Source: Felis catus (taxonomy: Eukaryota). From it: 64,000 nt of DNA. How positions within the stretch are numbered: position 1 is the stretch's first letter; each line of letters opens with the position of its first letter. Positions 62,583 to 64,000 of this stretch are shown one piece after another. The stretch lies in the NCBI RefSeq assembly GCF_018350175.1, contig NC_058368.1:116066001-116130000 (forward strand), written 5' to 3'. The translations under genes and the position numbers were made by a program. Below the pieces are notes generated by a model that ran no database searches, had not been told where the DNA came from, and saw nothing but the letters and a program-made list of their open reading frames with translations.

Positions 62583-62595
62583 GGTAGGGGTTTTT

Positions 62596-63105
62596 GTATA
62601 TGGTGAAATACTCAGAACATAAAATGTATCGTTTTAACCATTTTTAAATATACAGTTCATTGGCCTTAAATACAGTCGTATTGTATAGCCATCACCACCA
62701 TCCATCTCCAAAACTTACTTCATCTTCTTGAAAACTTACTCTATACCTATTGAACAATAAGCCCGTCTCCAGCCACTCCTAACCACCATTCTACTCTCTG
62801 CCTTAGAAGTCGGTCCATTTTAGGTATCTCTTGTAAGTGGAGTCATACAGTATTTGTTCTTTTGTGATAGCCATATATGTGTTAGCATCATGTCCTCAAG
62901 GTTAGCCCAAGTCATAGCATGTGTTAGAATTTCCTTTTTTTAAGGCTGAATACTATTCCATCATATGTATTAACCATGTTTTGTTTATCCATTTCTCCGT
63001 CAGTGGACACTTGGGGGCTTCCGTTTCTGGCTTTTGTGAATATGCTGCTTATAAACATGGGTGCATAAATACCTGTTCGAGTTCATCCTTTCAGTTCTTA
63101 TGGGT
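62596..63105 (-). mobile_element. L1 (L1MA/MB-like) 3' end fragment
   Basis: AACATAAAATGTATCGTTTTAACCATTTTTAAATATACAGTTCA...TTTAAGGCTGAATACTATTCCAT, the classic antisense L1 3' UTR. Confidence 0.75.
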
Positions 63106-64000
63106 CAAAGTTTTAAAGCACAAGCAGCAAGATGTCTTTGAAGGTCATTTTCTGATAAATTGCCCTTCTCCACTGAGGGCTAGGCTTACAGACCAAAAGT
63201 TAGCTTTACTCACCATCTAATTTTAGACTCCAACTTAAGCACCACTTGTAACATCAAGCTTCATTTTGATATTTGATAGGCTTCTACTGCGCATTACAAC
63301 TCCAACTTAGTTGGCCACTTCTTTGTGATTGTGGGGGCACCCTTGTCACTTGCTGGTGGACGTTGGTAGTGTCCTTATTAGAGCTGGCTTGCTCTAGGGG
63401 TGCATGCTCTTTCTGACTTTGCCCCTCCTGACCCAAGTTGGGCTGGCCTTTTGACCTTGTCTCTGATCTGGCTCCATTTGGGGACCTGAAACCCTGAGCC
63501 CACTGACAACTGAGGCTGTTGAGACCATTTTTCTTCCACCCGTGGCAGCTTTGTGAGGCACAGTATTCTCTCCCATCTCTGCTGGTTCTTGTAATTTGTC
63601 TTTATTTCATCCAGATCTTATACAGCATTTAACATTATTAGAATTATATGTAAATTTTTTTCATGGGGGAGTACAATATTTTTCTAAATACTTTGGTGTT
63701 TGGGGTTGCCACAGGGACTGGTTTTCCCTGTACCAGTTTAAACCTAGTCCAACAGCCCTTGGCAACTGGTGAGGTGTACACACCTGGGGGATGATGGGCT
63801 TTTGATGGATTCAGCGGTCCTGGCATGGGTCTCTACCTCTTGATGAGACTTCTTTAGGCCAGACTGCCAGGTCAGTTAGGAAGTAGAGATGGCTGGTTGT
63901 GAATTTTTTTCTTGATGGTTATATGGTTATTCTCTTTATTAATTTCTTAATAGAAATTCTCCATATCCGCACTTGAGCCAACCACAGCTCTTTTGCATAG

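Overview
Mammalian genomic DNA, almost certainly felid: it carries about 30 tRNA-derived CAN-SINEs, including near-consensus young Felis-type copies. The window holds the 5' part of CYSTM1 on the + strand. This comprises a CpG-island promoter with a perfect CRE (~25.5-26.4 kb), a probable non-coding exon 1 ending at 25833, a ~17.2 kb intron 1, and the first coding exon (43012-43233, MNPGNPPPYPGPGPTAPYPP...QEPPKTT). The Cys-rich last exon lies beyond the window. The rest is intergenic or intronic sequence rich in SINE, L1, L2, MIR, LTR and DNA-transposon remnants, and nearly all ORF-track entries are spurious. The most notable object is a ~1.1 kb antisense insert in CYSTM1 intron 1 (28895-30036). 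It looks like a retroposed, doubly spliced mRNA of a class II (betaretrovirus-like) endogenous retrovirus: R-U5, a tRNA-Trp primer-binding site, an open 78-codon ORF resembling HERV-K Rec / the Env signal peptide, an out-of-frame Env tail, a PPT and U3-R, with no gag/pol/env body. Also notable are a 660-nt polypyrimidine expansion inside a SINE, an orphan CpG-rich element with a strong CTCF motif, and several repeated or nested insertions at the same target sites. Repeat family names come from recalled consensus sequences, not from a database search.
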